Positions 10,901 through 20,389 of a DNA stretch of 64,000 nt are shown here, in pieces. Within the stretch, counting starts at the first letter, position 1, and every line of letters begins with the position of its first letter. The position numbers and the translations under genes were made by a program. This stretch comes from Clostridia bacterium (GTDB taxonomy: Bacteria > Bacillota > Clostridia > JAAYHZ01). The stretch spans positions 160,001 to 224,000 of the forward strand of contig JBMNIH010000009.1 of the NCBI GenBank assembly GCA_050950825.1. The letters are read 5' to 3'. Below the pieces are notes generated by a model that saw only the letters and a list, made by a program, of their open reading frames with translations, was not told the DNA's origin and did no database searches.

Positions 10901-11112
10901 CCATGAGAAAGGAAGCGGACTTTGAGATTACGGACAACATCAACGTGTACTATGTTGGCAACGATACGATCCAAAGCATCTTCAATCGGTTTGACGCCTT
11001 TATCAAAAAAGAAGTATTGGCCAAGGAAATCATCGAAGGACAAACGGACGGCTATGTGAAACAGTGGGATATCAACGGAATCGACGTTGTTTTGGGAGTT
11101 AAGAGAGTATAA
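7996..11112 (+). CDS. ileS: Isoleucyl-tRNA synthetase (long, type 2/IleRS2-like)
   Basis: DGPPTANGKPHIGH, GWDTHGLP, AWTTTPWTL, LSRTRYWGTP, KMSKHKGN; 1038 aa; no C-terminal zinc finger. Confidence 0.96.
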   Translation: MYKKVDKELNFVDRELKVLEFWKQNDIFKKSMNMNEGGPIFTFYDGPPTANGKPHIGHILTRSIKDIIPRYKTMKGYHVLRKAGWDTHGLPVELEVEKELGIDGKQDIEKFGVEAFVKRCKESVWKYSNEWEKMSDRVGFWADMENPYVTYHNEYIESVWWSLKTIWEKGLLYKGHKIIPYCPRCGTSLSSHEVAQGYKDVKEQSIYVKFKVKGEDNTYVLAWTTTPWTLPSNVALTVNPVENYAKVSCNGETYIMAEALLKEVLKDQYTVLEINKGQDLVGLEYEPLFDYAKPDKKAYYVVSDSYVQLTEGTGVVHCAPAFGEDDSRVGKIYDLPFVQLVNERGCFVDSVNDFAGAFVKDADPEIIKNLDARGLLFKALEYEHSYPFCWRCDTSLIYYAQDTWFIKMTAIKDMLVENNRKINWYPPSIGENRFGNFLENVVDWGLSRTRYWGTPLPIWECACGHRECIGSIEELIQKGIDVPKDIELHKPYIDAVFLRCEKCGGKMKRVTEVIDCWYDSGSMPFAQWHYPFENKELFEQNFPADFISEALDQTRGWFYTLHAISNLLFEQPAYKNCIVLGLVQDKDGQKMSKHKGNVVDPWTVLNKQGADAIRWYFYSTSAPWLPSRFYDQAVSEGQRKFMGTLWNTYVFYIMYADIDNFNPNDYKLEYDKLSSMDRWLLSKCNSLIKYVDESLASYKITESARALQSFTDELSNWYVRRSREIFWQEGMPQDKISAYMTLYTVLDALTKLSAPFTPFMAEEMYQNLVRSVSPDAPESVHLCSYPEYNPDWIDKELEEKMDSVLDVVTLGRACRNTANIKNRQPLSHLYIKSDRVPEDEFLDIIKNELNVKNVSVIDDEEAFITYSFKPQLKTVGPKYGKLLPRINEYLKNADGSLLMKELKANGIITFEANGQTVRLAEEDLLYETARKEGFVSDRSENTVVVLNTQLTRELIDEGYLRELLSKIQTMRKEADFEITDNINVYYVGNDTIQSIFNRFDAFIKKEVLAKEIIEGQTDGYVKQWDINGIDVVLGVKRV

Positions 11113-11127
11113 GGATATAAATATGGG

Positions 11128-11157
11128 TGCCCCTTACGACAAGGGGCATTCTTTTTT
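11128..11157 (+). terminator. Intrinsic terminator after ileS
   Basis: TGCCCCTT-ACGAC-AAGGGGCA followed by TTCTTTTTT. Confidence 0.8.
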
Positions 11158-11234
11158 GCTTATTTTCATGGTTGAAAAACCGGATGCATAAGGATATGAT
11201 AGAAAGAAAAAACTTCGGGGTTTAGGCCAACGAT

Positions 11235-12356
11235 ATGTATAATTGTTATTTGGAAACGGATTTAAATAGATTGGAACAAAACATTATAAACATTCGAAAA
11301 CTCTATTCTCGTCCCGTGAAAGTGATGTGCGTTTTAAAAGCAAATGCCTACGGTCACGGTATCGAAGGAATTTCGAGGTTTCTCGACCGATCGGAGCATA
11401 CCCATATGTTTGCCGTTGCGAATGCGGAAGAAGCGCTTAATTTAAAGAATTCCGGCATTCAAAAGCCCGTATTGGTTCTTTCCGGAGTGCCGAAGGAATG
11501 GGCGGAAGCCATGATCACTCATGACATTCGTTTCACGGTATACGATATGGAAGATGCCCTCTTTATTCAAAACACCGCAAAAAGATTGAATAAACACGCT
11601 TTTATTCATGTCAAAATCGATACCGGTATGCACCGAGTGGGATTCATACCCGACTCCGATTTCGTGACGGGTTCGCTTAAGAAAATCGCTTCGATGGACC
11701 ATATTAAATTGGAAGGAATCATGTCCCACTTCGCCGATTCCGACAATCCGGACAGTTCTTACCAAAAAGAACAGTACCGCCGTTTCGTCGAAATTCTAAA
11801 AGGCTGTAAAGAATGCGGGATTCTTTACGATACGGCCCATATTTCCAACAGCGCAGCAGCCATCTCTTCGCCTTATTACGAAACGGATATGATTCGCTTG
11901 GGTTTAGCCATGTACGGATACAATCCCTTTGGTAAGGGTTCTATCGGTTCTTTGGATATTAAGCCTTGTGCAAGCATGTACGCAAGAATAAACCATATCA
12001 AAACCCTTTCGGAGGGCTGCTATATCAGCTACGGACTTAAATACAAGACGACCGCAAAATCGGTCATTGCCACGGTAGCTGCCGGATATGCCGACGGGTT
12101 TCCGAGATTTTTAACGAACAATTACGAAGTGAAAATCAGTGATCGGTATGCCCCGGTTTGCGGCGCCGTTTGCATGGACCAGTTCATGATTGATATAACG
12201 GGGATCGAAAACGTACGGGTAGGGGATTACGTGATGCTGTTCGGTTACGATCCTTCCGGCAAATGTACGGTAGATACCATAGCGGAAAAAGGAAACACCA
12301 TCACCTACGAAATTTTGTGCAACATCAACGACAGAGTGAAAAGAATATATAAATAG
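11235..12356 (+). CDS. alr: Alanine racemase
   Basis: VLKANAYGHG, KIDTGMHRVG, GYADG, CMDQ, TITYEILC. Confidence 0.95.
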   Translation: MYNCYLETDLNRLEQNIINIRKLYSRPVKVMCVLKANAYGHGIEGISRFLDRSEHTHMFAVANAEEALNLKNSGIQKPVLVLSGVPKEWAEAMITHDIRFTVYDMEDALFIQNTAKRLNKHAFIHVKIDTGMHRVGFIPDSDFVTGSLKKIASMDHIKLEGIMSHFADSDNPDSSYQKEQYRRFVEILKGCKECGILYDTAHISNSAAAISSPYYETDMIRLGLAMYGYNPFGKGSIGSLDIKPCASMYARINHIKTLSEGCYISYGLKYKTTAKSVIATVAAGYADGFPRFLTNNYEVKISDRYAPVCGAVCMDQFMIDITGIENVRVGDYVMLFGYDPSGKCTVDTIAEKGNTITYEILCNINDRVKRIYK

Positions 12357-12365
12357 GGGGTCCTT

Positions 12366-14537
12366 ATGAATAAATGGGAAGCGAAATTCGGGTTTTTTTG
12401 GTACAACGATGACGAATTGTTCAAGTTTACGCAAAAGGACTTTGACGAAAAAGCAAAAAGAATAGCCGATGCGGGAATCAATATCGTCATGACGTTCAGC
12501 TGTACCCACTTTCGATGGACTTTCTATCGGTATTGGGATAGAATTTTACGGTGCATCGAAATGACGGTAAAAGCTTGCCACAAATACGGAATTAAAGTGG
12601 TAGAGCATCATAGTTCTCATTTGACGTTTAATCCCCAATGCCAAGATGATTGGGACTACATGGAACGCATTCTCCATGCAAGGGGAAGCTCGATCGCTTC
12701 ATGGGAAGGACTTGCCGAAACCGTGAACGACGATATCTGCATTAACGGAAAACCGATATCTTCTTTTCGTCAAATCGACGGAAGAACGGGTAAACACGCT
12801 TGGAGCAATTACCGAGGCTACTGCATGTGCTTTAACAATCCGGACTACAGACAAGCCTACTTTCAATACTTGGAAAGGGTATATCAAACCGGCGTAGACG
12901 GCATCATGACGGACGACGTACAATACTTTGCCCAAGGACATGCTTGTGCTTGCGAGTACTGCAGAAGACTGTTCAAAGAAGAAACCGGATACGATTTACC
13001 CGAACCCGGAAAAGCGTGGGAGGCTTTTTGGAGAGATTACGATAATCCCGTCTACATTGCTTGGGAACGCTTCCGTCGAAAATCTACGGAAAGATTTCAA
13101 AGGGCTGTCAATCGGCATTTTGAAGACTTGGGATTGCATTTGTTAAGACCCAATTACGTCTCGGGTGCACTAAACAGCAATCCTACCGCCTACTGCTTCG
13201 ATATGGGATCGGATTTATGGGATTGGATTTTCCAAGAAAACTGTTTTTCCACCTTGATCCGCGTTTCTTGGCCCTATTGGTACGTAGAAAGCCTGCACCG
13301 CTATGCATTGGCAAGAAAACACGGTGTTCCCTCCATGTCCTTGTTCTATCCCGACCGAGAAGATTCCTATTACTTTGTATGGGCATTGGCTCAATCTTGG
13401 GGACAAATGCTGACCGTAACGCCGGAGGGATATGATTTGTCCTCTATTGAGAAAAAATACCGTACCTTTGAGAAAAAATACGACCGTATCTATTCCGATC
13501 AACAAAAAATCGCCCCGGTTGCTTTATTGTTTTCCTTAAATAACGCATACTACGTAAAAGCGCAAAAACATACCGAGGAGATCTTCGGCTTTGGACAAGG
13601 GATGTATTTGTCGAACATTCCCGTAGATATGGTATTCGATGACGATCCTTTGGAAAAGCTTGAAGAGTACGCTATGATCGTTTTACCGAATCTTGTTATG
13701 CTGGACGAGCTTCAAATAACAAGATTGAGAAAATACGCAGAACAAGGCGGCATGCTTTTTATTACCGGTTTACCGGGGATCAAAGCGCAAGACGGAACGA
13801 CAAGACCTTTGGAAAAGGTATTGTCGTTGCTCGGAATCACATCCGTTCCGAAAAAGGTCACTGCCGAACCTTCGAACTTTACGGTAAAATACGATGGCGA
13901 AGAATCGGGTACAATCTTAGGTCAACAATCGGAATACATATTCGAAGATGCGCAAAACAAAGGATTCCTCTTTGCAGAAAAAGGCGTTGCCGGTATTTGG
14001 GAAAAGGTAGGGAAGGGGCGTATTTATTGGATTCCGAGCGGACTTTCACTCGATATTTTGAGACCTTTGAACGCGGACCGTTTCCAACGGACGGAAGTCC
14101 GAGTACAAACGCCTCCGAACAATGCCGACAATATAAAGAAGACGATGAGACTTTTGATGTCACCTGTTAAAAAGGCATTACCCGTAGCTTTTGAAAAAAT
14201 AGCGGAGGACCGGGTTGCAACCGTATATTTGTCATCGGACAAAAAGAAGCTTATCGTCCATGTCGTCAATACGGAAAACGTTTATCCGAAAAAACCCGTA
14301 ATGATCGGTCACAGCGATCTTGTACCGTCCTTTGTTTCCGATTATCGGCCGAAGGAATCGGAAGATACCGTTTTACGACTTCGAGAGGATTTTAAAATTT
14401 CAAAAGCGGTACTGATATCACCTGAAAATAAAGAAGAAATAGGCATTCCCGTGTCTGTTCAAGAAGGTTCTTACGTATTGAGCATACCGATGGAAAGCTT
14501 TTATTCTTATGCAGCCATTGTTTGCGATTTGGAGTAA
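12366..14537 (+). CDS. Putative glycoside-hydrolase-like protein (TIM barrel + beta-galactosidase trimerisation-like domain)
   Basis: MCFNNPDY, DGIMTDD, CACEYC motif, then a class-I-GATase-like 'YAMIVLPN...YAEQGGML' segment. Confidence 0.55.
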   Translation: MNKWEAKFGFFWYNDDELFKFTQKDFDEKAKRIADAGINIVMTFSCTHFRWTFYRYWDRILRCIEMTVKACHKYGIKVVEHHSSHLTFNPQCQDDWDYMERILHARGSSIASWEGLAETVNDDICINGKPISSFRQIDGRTGKHAWSNYRGYCMCFNNPDYRQAYFQYLERVYQTGVDGIMTDDVQYFAQGHACACEYCRRLFKEETGYDLPEPGKAWEAFWRDYDNPVYIAWERFRRKSTERFQRAVNRHFEDLGLHLLRPNYVSGALNSNPTAYCFDMGSDLWDWIFQENCFSTLIRVSWPYWYVESLHRYALARKHGVPSMSLFYPDREDSYYFVWALAQSWGQMLTVTPEGYDLSSIEKKYRTFEKKYDRIYSDQQKIAPVALLFSLNNAYYVKAQKHTEEIFGFGQGMYLSNIPVDMVFDDDPLEKLEEYAMIVLPNLVMLDELQITRLRKYAEQGGMLFITGLPGIKAQDGTTRPLEKVLSLLGITSVPKKVTAEPSNFTVKYDGEESGTILGQQSEYIFEDAQNKGFLFAEKGVAGIWEKVGKGRIYWIPSGLSLDILRPLNADRFQRTEVRVQTPPNNADNIKKTMRLLMSPVKKALPVAFEKIAEDRVATVYLSSDKKKLIVHVVNTENVYPKKPVMIGHSDLVPSFVSDYRPKESEDTVLRLREDFKISKAVLISPENKEEIGIPVSVQEGSYVLSIPMESFYSYAAIVCDLE

Positions 14538-14558
14538 TAAAATGAGGAGGGGATAATC

Positions 14559-15404
14559 ATGAAAGTGTATATTATGACCGATTTGGAGGGCGTTGCCGGT
14601 GTTATCAATTTTGCCGATTGGGTTTGCAGCGATTCCAAATACTACGAAGATGCGAAAATTCTTCTTACGGAAGAGGTTAATGCCGCTATCGACGGATTTT
14701 TCAGCGCAGGAGCTACCGAAATCTTGGTAGCGGACGGCCACGGATACGGAGGAATTAACCTGAAGAAATTGGATCCTCGTGCTCGTATGCAAAGAGGCTT
14801 TCCCGATCCTTATCCTTTCGGATTGGATGAAACCTTCGACTGCATATGCCACATCGGCCAGCATGCGAAAGCTTCCTCGGAAAAAGCTCACATTTGTCAC
14901 ACGGGTAGCTTTGACGTGATCGACCATACCATAAACGGGGTGTCCATCGGGGAGTTTGGGGAAATGGTCTATTGCGCGAACGAATTGAAAGTACCTGAAA
15001 TTTTTGCAACCGGAGATTTGGCTTTTACGAAAGAAGCGGAGGATTTGGTGGAAGGTATCGTGACGGTTGCAGTGAAGGAAGGATTGGCTCCGGGAAGAGG
15101 TATTGAAAAAACTTTGGAGGAAACCGTTAATCGAACGGATGCCGCTATTCATCTTCATCCTTTGAAGGCAAGAGAACTCATACGTAACGGTGCTTATATC
15201 GCATTGAAAAAATTCATGGAGAATCCGGAATCCTTTAAAATCAAGAAACCGATTCAAGCGCCTTATGAATTGGTTACCCGATTCCGTGCAAGCAAAAATC
15301 GTCCGGCCTTTACATCCATTCGGAGACATGAAAACAGCGTTATCCGTCTTTTAAACTCGAGACCGGAAATAAAAGAAGGCGTGGACCTCAGCGATTTATT
15401 ATAA
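14559..15404 (+). CDS. M55-family D-aminopeptidase (DppA-like)
   Basis: MKVYIMTDLEGVAG, EEVNAAI, ADGHG, IGQHA, HT, GD, VAVKEG. Confidence 0.9.
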   Translation: MKVYIMTDLEGVAGVINFADWVCSDSKYYEDAKILLTEEVNAAIDGFFSAGATEILVADGHGYGGINLKKLDPRARMQRGFPDPYPFGLDETFDCICHIGQHAKASSEKAHICHTGSFDVIDHTINGVSIGEFGEMVYCANELKVPEIFATGDLAFTKEAEDLVEGIVTVAVKEGLAPGRGIEKTLEETVNRTDAAIHLHPLKARELIRNGAYIALKKFMENPESFKIKKPIQAPYELVTRFRASKNRPAFTSIRRHENSVIRLLNSRPEIKEGVDLSDLL

Positions 15405-15412
15405 CATTCATG

Positions 15413-15459
15413 AAAGCAACCGGATCAGGAAGCGTTTGATGCAATGATCCGGTTGTTTT
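15413..15459 (+). terminator. Probable terminator after alr-GH-M55 genes
   Basis: AAAGCAACCGGATCA...TGATCCGGTTGTTTT inverted repeat. Confidence 0.6.
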
Positions 15460-15529
15460 ATTCTTGCCCAAGATTATTTTTATGTTATAATTATAACAAA
15501 CTAACCGATAATTCAGTTGAGGTGAAAAA

Positions 15530-16561
15530 ATGTATAAAACGGAAAAAGAAATCATGGGACAACCCCAATCGTTGAAACAAACGTATGAGCTCATTCTATC
15601 CTTGAAAGAACAAATTATAGACTTTTTTAAAAACACAAAAAAGGTGGTATTTGCAGGCTGCGGCTCCAGCTTCAGCTTATGTAAATCTGCCGCCGTATCC
15701 ATGAACGTGCATACCGATAAAACGGCTTTTGCCGTTGCCGCCGGCGATGCCATGATCAATTTCGATTATTATGAAAATATATTTAAAGACGCCGTAATCG
15801 TAGCGCCTTCCCGTTCCGGAAGCACCAGCGAAGTGGTCAATTTGGTAAAATTGGCGAAAGAAAAATTCGGCAGCAAATGCTTATGCATCTGTGCGAAAGA
15901 AAAAAGCGCTCTTTCGGAGTTATCCGAATTATCCATAGAGCTTCCTTGGGCTTTTGACGAAAGCGTTTGCCAAACTCGTACCGTAACCAATCTTTATACG
16001 GTGAATTTAACCTTGGCAGCCCTTGTATCCGGAAAAAAAGAAATTTTAAACGACATCGAAAAGGCCGTATCGCAAATCGCTTCCTTTATTGAAAGCAACA
16101 AAGAATTATGCAAAACCATCGGGAATTCCGCTCAATGGAACAAAGTCGTGGTTCTGGCCGATGCCGAAGTCGAAGGAATTGCGGAAGAAGGATCCCTTGC
16201 TTTCAAGGAGATATGCCAGCTGCCCTCGAATTACTACCACGTATTGGATTCCCGTCACGGCCCCATGGTACTGTTTGACGATAAAACATTAATCATCGCC
16301 GTATTAAGCCCGAAGGATGAAAAATACCAAAAAGACTTTGTTGCGGATATAATGGAGCGCAATTGTACCGTTTTGACCGTAAGCCAAGACGAAGAAAACA
16401 TATGGGGCTCTACGTACCATATCGCTCTTCCGAAGTTGGCATTTGCCGCTTGCGGTATTCTCTTTATTACGGCTCCGCAGATGCTTTCGCTGTATAAGGC
16501 GCTGAGTATCGGTATCAATCCGGATCTTCCGAAGGGCTTGGATCCTTGGATTAAGCTGTAA
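15530..16561 (+). CDS. Double-SIS sugar-phosphate isomerase/deaminase (AgaS/FrlB-like)
   Basis: EIMGQP, GCGSS, SRSGSTSE, EGSLAFKE, RHGP, NPDLP. Confidence 0.85.
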   Translation: MYKTEKEIMGQPQSLKQTYELILSLKEQIIDFFKNTKKVVFAGCGSSFSLCKSAAVSMNVHTDKTAFAVAAGDAMINFDYYENIFKDAVIVAPSRSGSTSEVVNLVKLAKEKFGSKCLCICAKEKSALSELSELSIELPWAFDESVCQTRTVTNLYTVNLTLAALVSGKKEILNDIEKAVSQIASFIESNKELCKTIGNSAQWNKVVVLADAEVEGIAEEGSLAFKEICQLPSNYYHVLDSRHGPMVLFDDKTLIIAVLSPKDEKYQKDFVADIMERNCTVLTVSQDEENIWGSTYHIALPKLAFAACGILFITAPQMLSLYKALSIGINPDLPKGLDPWIKL

Positions 16562-16573
16562 GGAGTAGGTAAG

Positions 16574-17875
16574 ATGCATCCTTTACTAAAAATCATCGAA
16601 GACAGAAAAAAAGGTATCAAATCCGGAATCGTTTCCATTTGCAGCGCCAATCGCTATGTGACGGAAGCCTCCATGAACCGTGCAAAAAAGGAAAACACAT
16701 ATGTCCTTATCGAAGCCACGGCCAATCAAGTGAACCAATTCGGCGGCTACACCGGTATGCGTCCTGCGGATTTTCGCGATTTTATCTTTCAAATTGCGGA
16801 TGAAATCGGGTTTGAAAGAGAAAGGATCCTATTAGGGGGAGATCATTTGGGACCTTTGGTATGGAAGGATCTGCCCGAAGAAAAAGCCATGGAGTACAGC
16901 CATACCTTGATTGATCAATTTGTTTCCGCAGGCTTTACGAAAATCCATTTGGATACCAGCATGCGCTTGAAGGATGACGATCCGAACGCTCCTTTGGAAA
17001 CCTCGGTTATTGCCAAAAGAGGGGCTCTTTTGTGTAAGACGGCGGAAGAAGCGGCGAAAAGAGCGGGAACCAAACCGGTTTATGTCATAGGAAGCGAAGT
17101 GCCGATCCCCGGAGGAAGCCAAGAGGAGGAAGATACGGTTTCGGTTACTACCGTGGAAAGCTTTGTCAATACGGTGGAAACGTATAAAAAAACGTTTTCG
17201 GAATTGGGCTTGGACGAAGCCTTTGACCGAGTCATCGGTGTCGTGGTTCAGCCGGGGGTGGAATTCGGTGACGAAACCATTCATCCCTACGACCGCGAAA
17301 AAGCGGCTTTATTGACGGCAAAGAAAGCGGAATACCCGAATATCGTTTTCGAAGGTCACTCTACCGACTACCAGCTGCCCGAATTAATGAAGCAAATGAA
17401 CGAGGACGGTATCGCCCTTTTGAAGGTAGGACCTGCTTTAACCTTTGCCATGAGAGAAGGCTTGTTTGCCTTGGAATTGATTGAAAAAGCCCTTGTGGAC
17501 CCGGAAGAACAATCCCGATTTTCCGATATTCTCGAAAAAGTAATGACGGAAAAACCGGACAACTGGAAAAAGCATTATCACGGTGATGAAAAGCAATTGA
17601 AGATTAAAAGAAAGTTCAGCTATTCCGACCGTGCTCGTTATTATATACCGGATGAGAATGTAAGTGCGGCCCTTTCAAAGCTTTTATCCAATTTGGAAAA
17701 GGTGTCCATTCCCTTGACCTGCTTAAGCCAGTACATGCCGATACAATATTTAAAAGTACGTCGAGGACAATTGAAGAACCGGCCTCATGATTTGCTGCTG
17801 GATAAAATCGATAATTTATTGGATGATTATTACTATGCCATCCGACCCATTACGTTCGAGGAGGGTGCAAAATGA
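16574..17875 (+). CDS. gatZ: GatZ/KbaZ-family protein (tagatose-6-phosphate 4-epimerase type)
   Basis: SICSA, EATANQVNQFGGYTG, GGDHLGP, IGSEVPIPGG, FEGHSTDYQ, LKVGPALT, YSDRARYY. Confidence 0.9.
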   Translation: MHPLLKIIEDRKKGIKSGIVSICSANRYVTEASMNRAKKENTYVLIEATANQVNQFGGYTGMRPADFRDFIFQIADEIGFERERILLGGDHLGPLVWKDLPEEKAMEYSHTLIDQFVSAGFTKIHLDTSMRLKDDDPNAPLETSVIAKRGALLCKTAEEAAKRAGTKPVYVIGSEVPIPGGSQEEEDTVSVTTVESFVNTVETYKKTFSELGLDEAFDRVIGVVVQPGVEFGDETIHPYDREKAALLTAKKAEYPNIVFEGHSTDYQLPELMKQMNEDGIALLKVGPALTFAMREGLFALELIEKALVDPEEQSRFSDILEKVMTEKPDNWKKHYHGDEKQLKIKRKFSYSDRARYYIPDENVSAALSKLLSNLEKVSIPLTCLSQYMPIQYLKVRRGQLKNRPHDLLLDKIDNLLDDYYYAIRPITFEEGAK

Positions 17876-18798
17876 GCAAATACGATGTCTTTACCATTGG
17901 AGATTCCTGTGTAGATATGATCCTGAGAGGGAAGGATATTGTTCCCGAATTTAACCAAAAAGAAAAGATGTTCGAAGATTACAACATTGTGATGGGCGGT
18001 TCCACCTTGATTTTCGCAAGCCAATGTGGAAGACTGGGTTTAAAAACCGTGGTTGCGGGAAAAATCGGCAAGGATCCTTTCGGCGACATTATTTTAAGCA
18101 CCTTAAGAAAATCCCGCGTATGCACCGATTACATGATCGCATCGGAAGAATTAAAAACCGGGGTTACGGTGGCCTTGTGCAAGGAAAACGACCGCGCCAT
18201 GCTGACCTATAGCGGAACCATCGATGCCATGAAGCCGGAGGATATTCCTTGGGATGTGCTGGAGCAATCCCGCCATCTTCATATCGGCAGTTATTTTCTT
18301 TTGAAGTCCGTTCAAAAGTGTTTCCCGGACATGATCGATTGCATTCACAAAAACAAAGGAACGGTCAGCTTGGATACCAACTGGGATCCGGAAGAAAAAT
18401 GGGAGAGCGGATTGAAAGACATCTTATCGAAAATCGATGTATTTTTCCCGAATGAAAACGAAGCCATAGCCATTACCGGAGAGTCTTCGGCGGAAAAAGC
18501 CATAAACATTTTAAAGGATAACATTCCCGTAGTTGCCGTGAAGCTAGGCCCGAAAGGCGCCATCACTTATTACAAGGGAGAATCCGTGTTTTCTCCTTCC
18601 ATCGACGTGCCGAAAGTAGATGCGGTAGGTGCCGGAGACAGCTTCGATGCAGGCTTCGTATACGGATATATTACGGGTGAAGATATTAAAACCTGTACGC
18701 GGATGGGGAATATCACCGGAAGCTTGAACATAAGGGGAGAGGGAGGTACCCAAACCCAGCCCTTCTACGATGAGTTTATAAAATATTTGGAAAAATAA
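17872..18798 (+). CDS. PfkB-family carbohydrate kinase
   Basis: MGGS, PNENE, KLGPKG, DAVGAGDSF; ATGA overlap with gatZ. Confidence 0.92.
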   Translation: MSKYDVFTIGDSCVDMILRGKDIVPEFNQKEKMFEDYNIVMGGSTLIFASQCGRLGLKTVVAGKIGKDPFGDIILSTLRKSRVCTDYMIASEELKTGVTVALCKENDRAMLTYSGTIDAMKPEDIPWDVLEQSRHLHIGSYFLLKSVQKCFPDMIDCIHKNKGTVSLDTNWDPEEKWESGLKDILSKIDVFFPNENEAIAITGESSAEKAINILKDNIPVVAVKLGPKGAITYYKGESVFSPSIDVPKVDAVGAGDSFDAGFVYGYITGEDIKTCTRMGNITGSLNIRGEGGTQTQPFYDEFIKYLEK

Positions 18799-18801
18799 TG
18801 A

Positions 18802-18830
18802 AAGGGAGACGATTCGTCTCCCTTCTTAAT
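18802..18830. terminator. Bidirectional terminator
   Basis: AAGGGAGACG-ATT-CGTCTCCCTT between convergent genes. Confidence 0.75.
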
Positions 18831-18852
18831 TTATTTAACCTTTTTATTCCCT

Positions 18853-20124
18853 TTATTTTGCAAATGCTTCGTCCACTTTTCTGTATGCTTCGTAGATCAT
18901 ATCGATAACTTCATCGTTATCCCAGCTTTCATTAATGGACAAGTTGTATTGAACGGAAATGGCGGCTAATGCATTGGGAACGGGGAAGTTGGCCTTTTCT
19001 TTGTCTTTGTATTCGCCGGTGTATTCGGCTGCAGACCAGGGCAGATCGGTTCCCGGGAATACGTTTCTGTTCTTGTACCAATCCATTAAATGCGGGAAAG
19101 CTCTGTATTCGGGGTTAACAGGTACGCCTTCCGCTCTGAGAGCGTTCAAATATTCGAACTTGTCCTTGCAGGTGATGGCGTCCAAGTTCACTTCCAGTCT
19201 CCAGAACCAGTAGGATGCTTCGGCACCGGGAAGCTGTTCGGGTACTTTAACCGACTTTAAGTTCTTGAATTTTTCCGTTAACTTTCTTACAACATTTTGT
19301 CTTCTTGTTACGAGATCGGGCAGTTTTTTCAATTGTTCGCTTCCGATAACGGCTTGCAAATCGTTCAGGTTCATATTAATGGATGCAACTACGTTGCCGT
19401 TGCTTCCTTGGATACCGAACGGCTTACCTCTGTCGGAGTATTGGCGTGCTTTCCAATACAATGCTTCGGATTTGGTATATACCACACCGCCTTGTCCGCC
19501 GGTGCAGAAGTGTTTACCGTTCATTGTAGAAAATGCCGCGATATCGCCGAAGGTTCCGAGAAGTTTTCCGTTTAATTTTGCATAGTGAGCTTGAGCACAG
19601 TCTTCAATAACGGGTATCCCTTTTGCATGAGCCATTTCTACGATTTTATCGATATTCGTAGGTTCGCCTGCGATATGAGCTACGATGATGGCCCCTGTCA
19701 AAGGAGTAATCATTTTTTCAATTTGTTCGGCATCGGTATTGTATTTACCGGGCGCTGTATCGGGAACAACAGGAATGCAATTGCACATAACGACAGGCAT
19801 AAATCCGCCGGGGTCCGTGATGGGTCCTACAATAACTTCGGAGAAAGGCTTTACTTCCAAGGCTCTTAATGCTACGTATACGGCGTTAGAACCGGAGTTA
19901 ACGGCATCGGCGTATCCGCCGCCCATAAATTCGGCAAATTGCTTACAGAATGCTTCTTCGTGAGGACCGTTGTATCCTTGAGGAGCTCCCGCTTTGATGG
20001 CTTCGTCAAATAATTTGTTTACAGCGGCTTTTTCTTCTTCACCGAAATGACCTCTATTCGGCAAAGGCTTACAAACGGCTTTCGGTCCGCCGTTTATGGC
20101 TAAATTCGACATATTCTTAGACAT
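18853..20124 (-). CDS. DegT/DnrJ/EryC1/StrS-family PLP aminotransferase
   Basis: VNSGS, IEDCAQAH, FSTMNGKH (PLP Lys), GQGG. Confidence 0.9.
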   Translation of the reverse strand: MSKNMSNLAINGGPKAVCKPLPNRGHFGEEEKAAVNKLFDEAIKAGAPQGYNGPHEEAFCKQFAEFMGGGYADAVNSGSNAVYVALRALEVKPFSEVIVGPITDPGGFMPVVMCNCIPVVPDTAPGKYNTDAEQIEKMITPLTGAIIVAHIAGEPTNIDKIVEMAHAKGIPVIEDCAQAHYAKLNGKLLGTFGDIAAFSTMNGKHFCTGGQGGVVYTKSEALYWKARQYSDRGKPFGIQGSNGNVVASINMNLNDLQAVIGSEQLKKLPDLVTRRQNVVRKLTEKFKNLKSVKVPEQLPGAEASYWFWRLEVNLDAITCKDKFEYLNALRAEGVPVNPEYRAFPHLMDWYKNRNVFPGTDLPWSAAEYTGEYKDKEKANFPVPNALAAISVQYNLSINESWDNDEVIDMIYEAYRKVDEAFAK

Positions 20125-20389
20125 GTTAATACCTCCATTGATTCATCAATCGTTCTTATAATATAAATTAACGATAATGCTCACTATGTATATTATAAAC
20201 ACAGGTAAAGATTGTAGTCTATACTTTTACGTGACGAATGTTGAATTATTTAATTGTTATCTCCTTTAAAACCGGCTTAAATTCGGCATATACGAGTTAA
20301 ACGGTTGAAAAATATTCTTTTATTCTGTTCCAAGAATACCGTTAAAATGATATAATAACTAGAAGTGTGAATTGCGGGAGGGATTATTC

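Noticed and set aside
14418-15329. 303-aa antisense ORF over the M55 peptidase
   Set aside because: No recognisable motif or SD; shadow of a well-supported gene, like the other short overlapping ORFs in the track.
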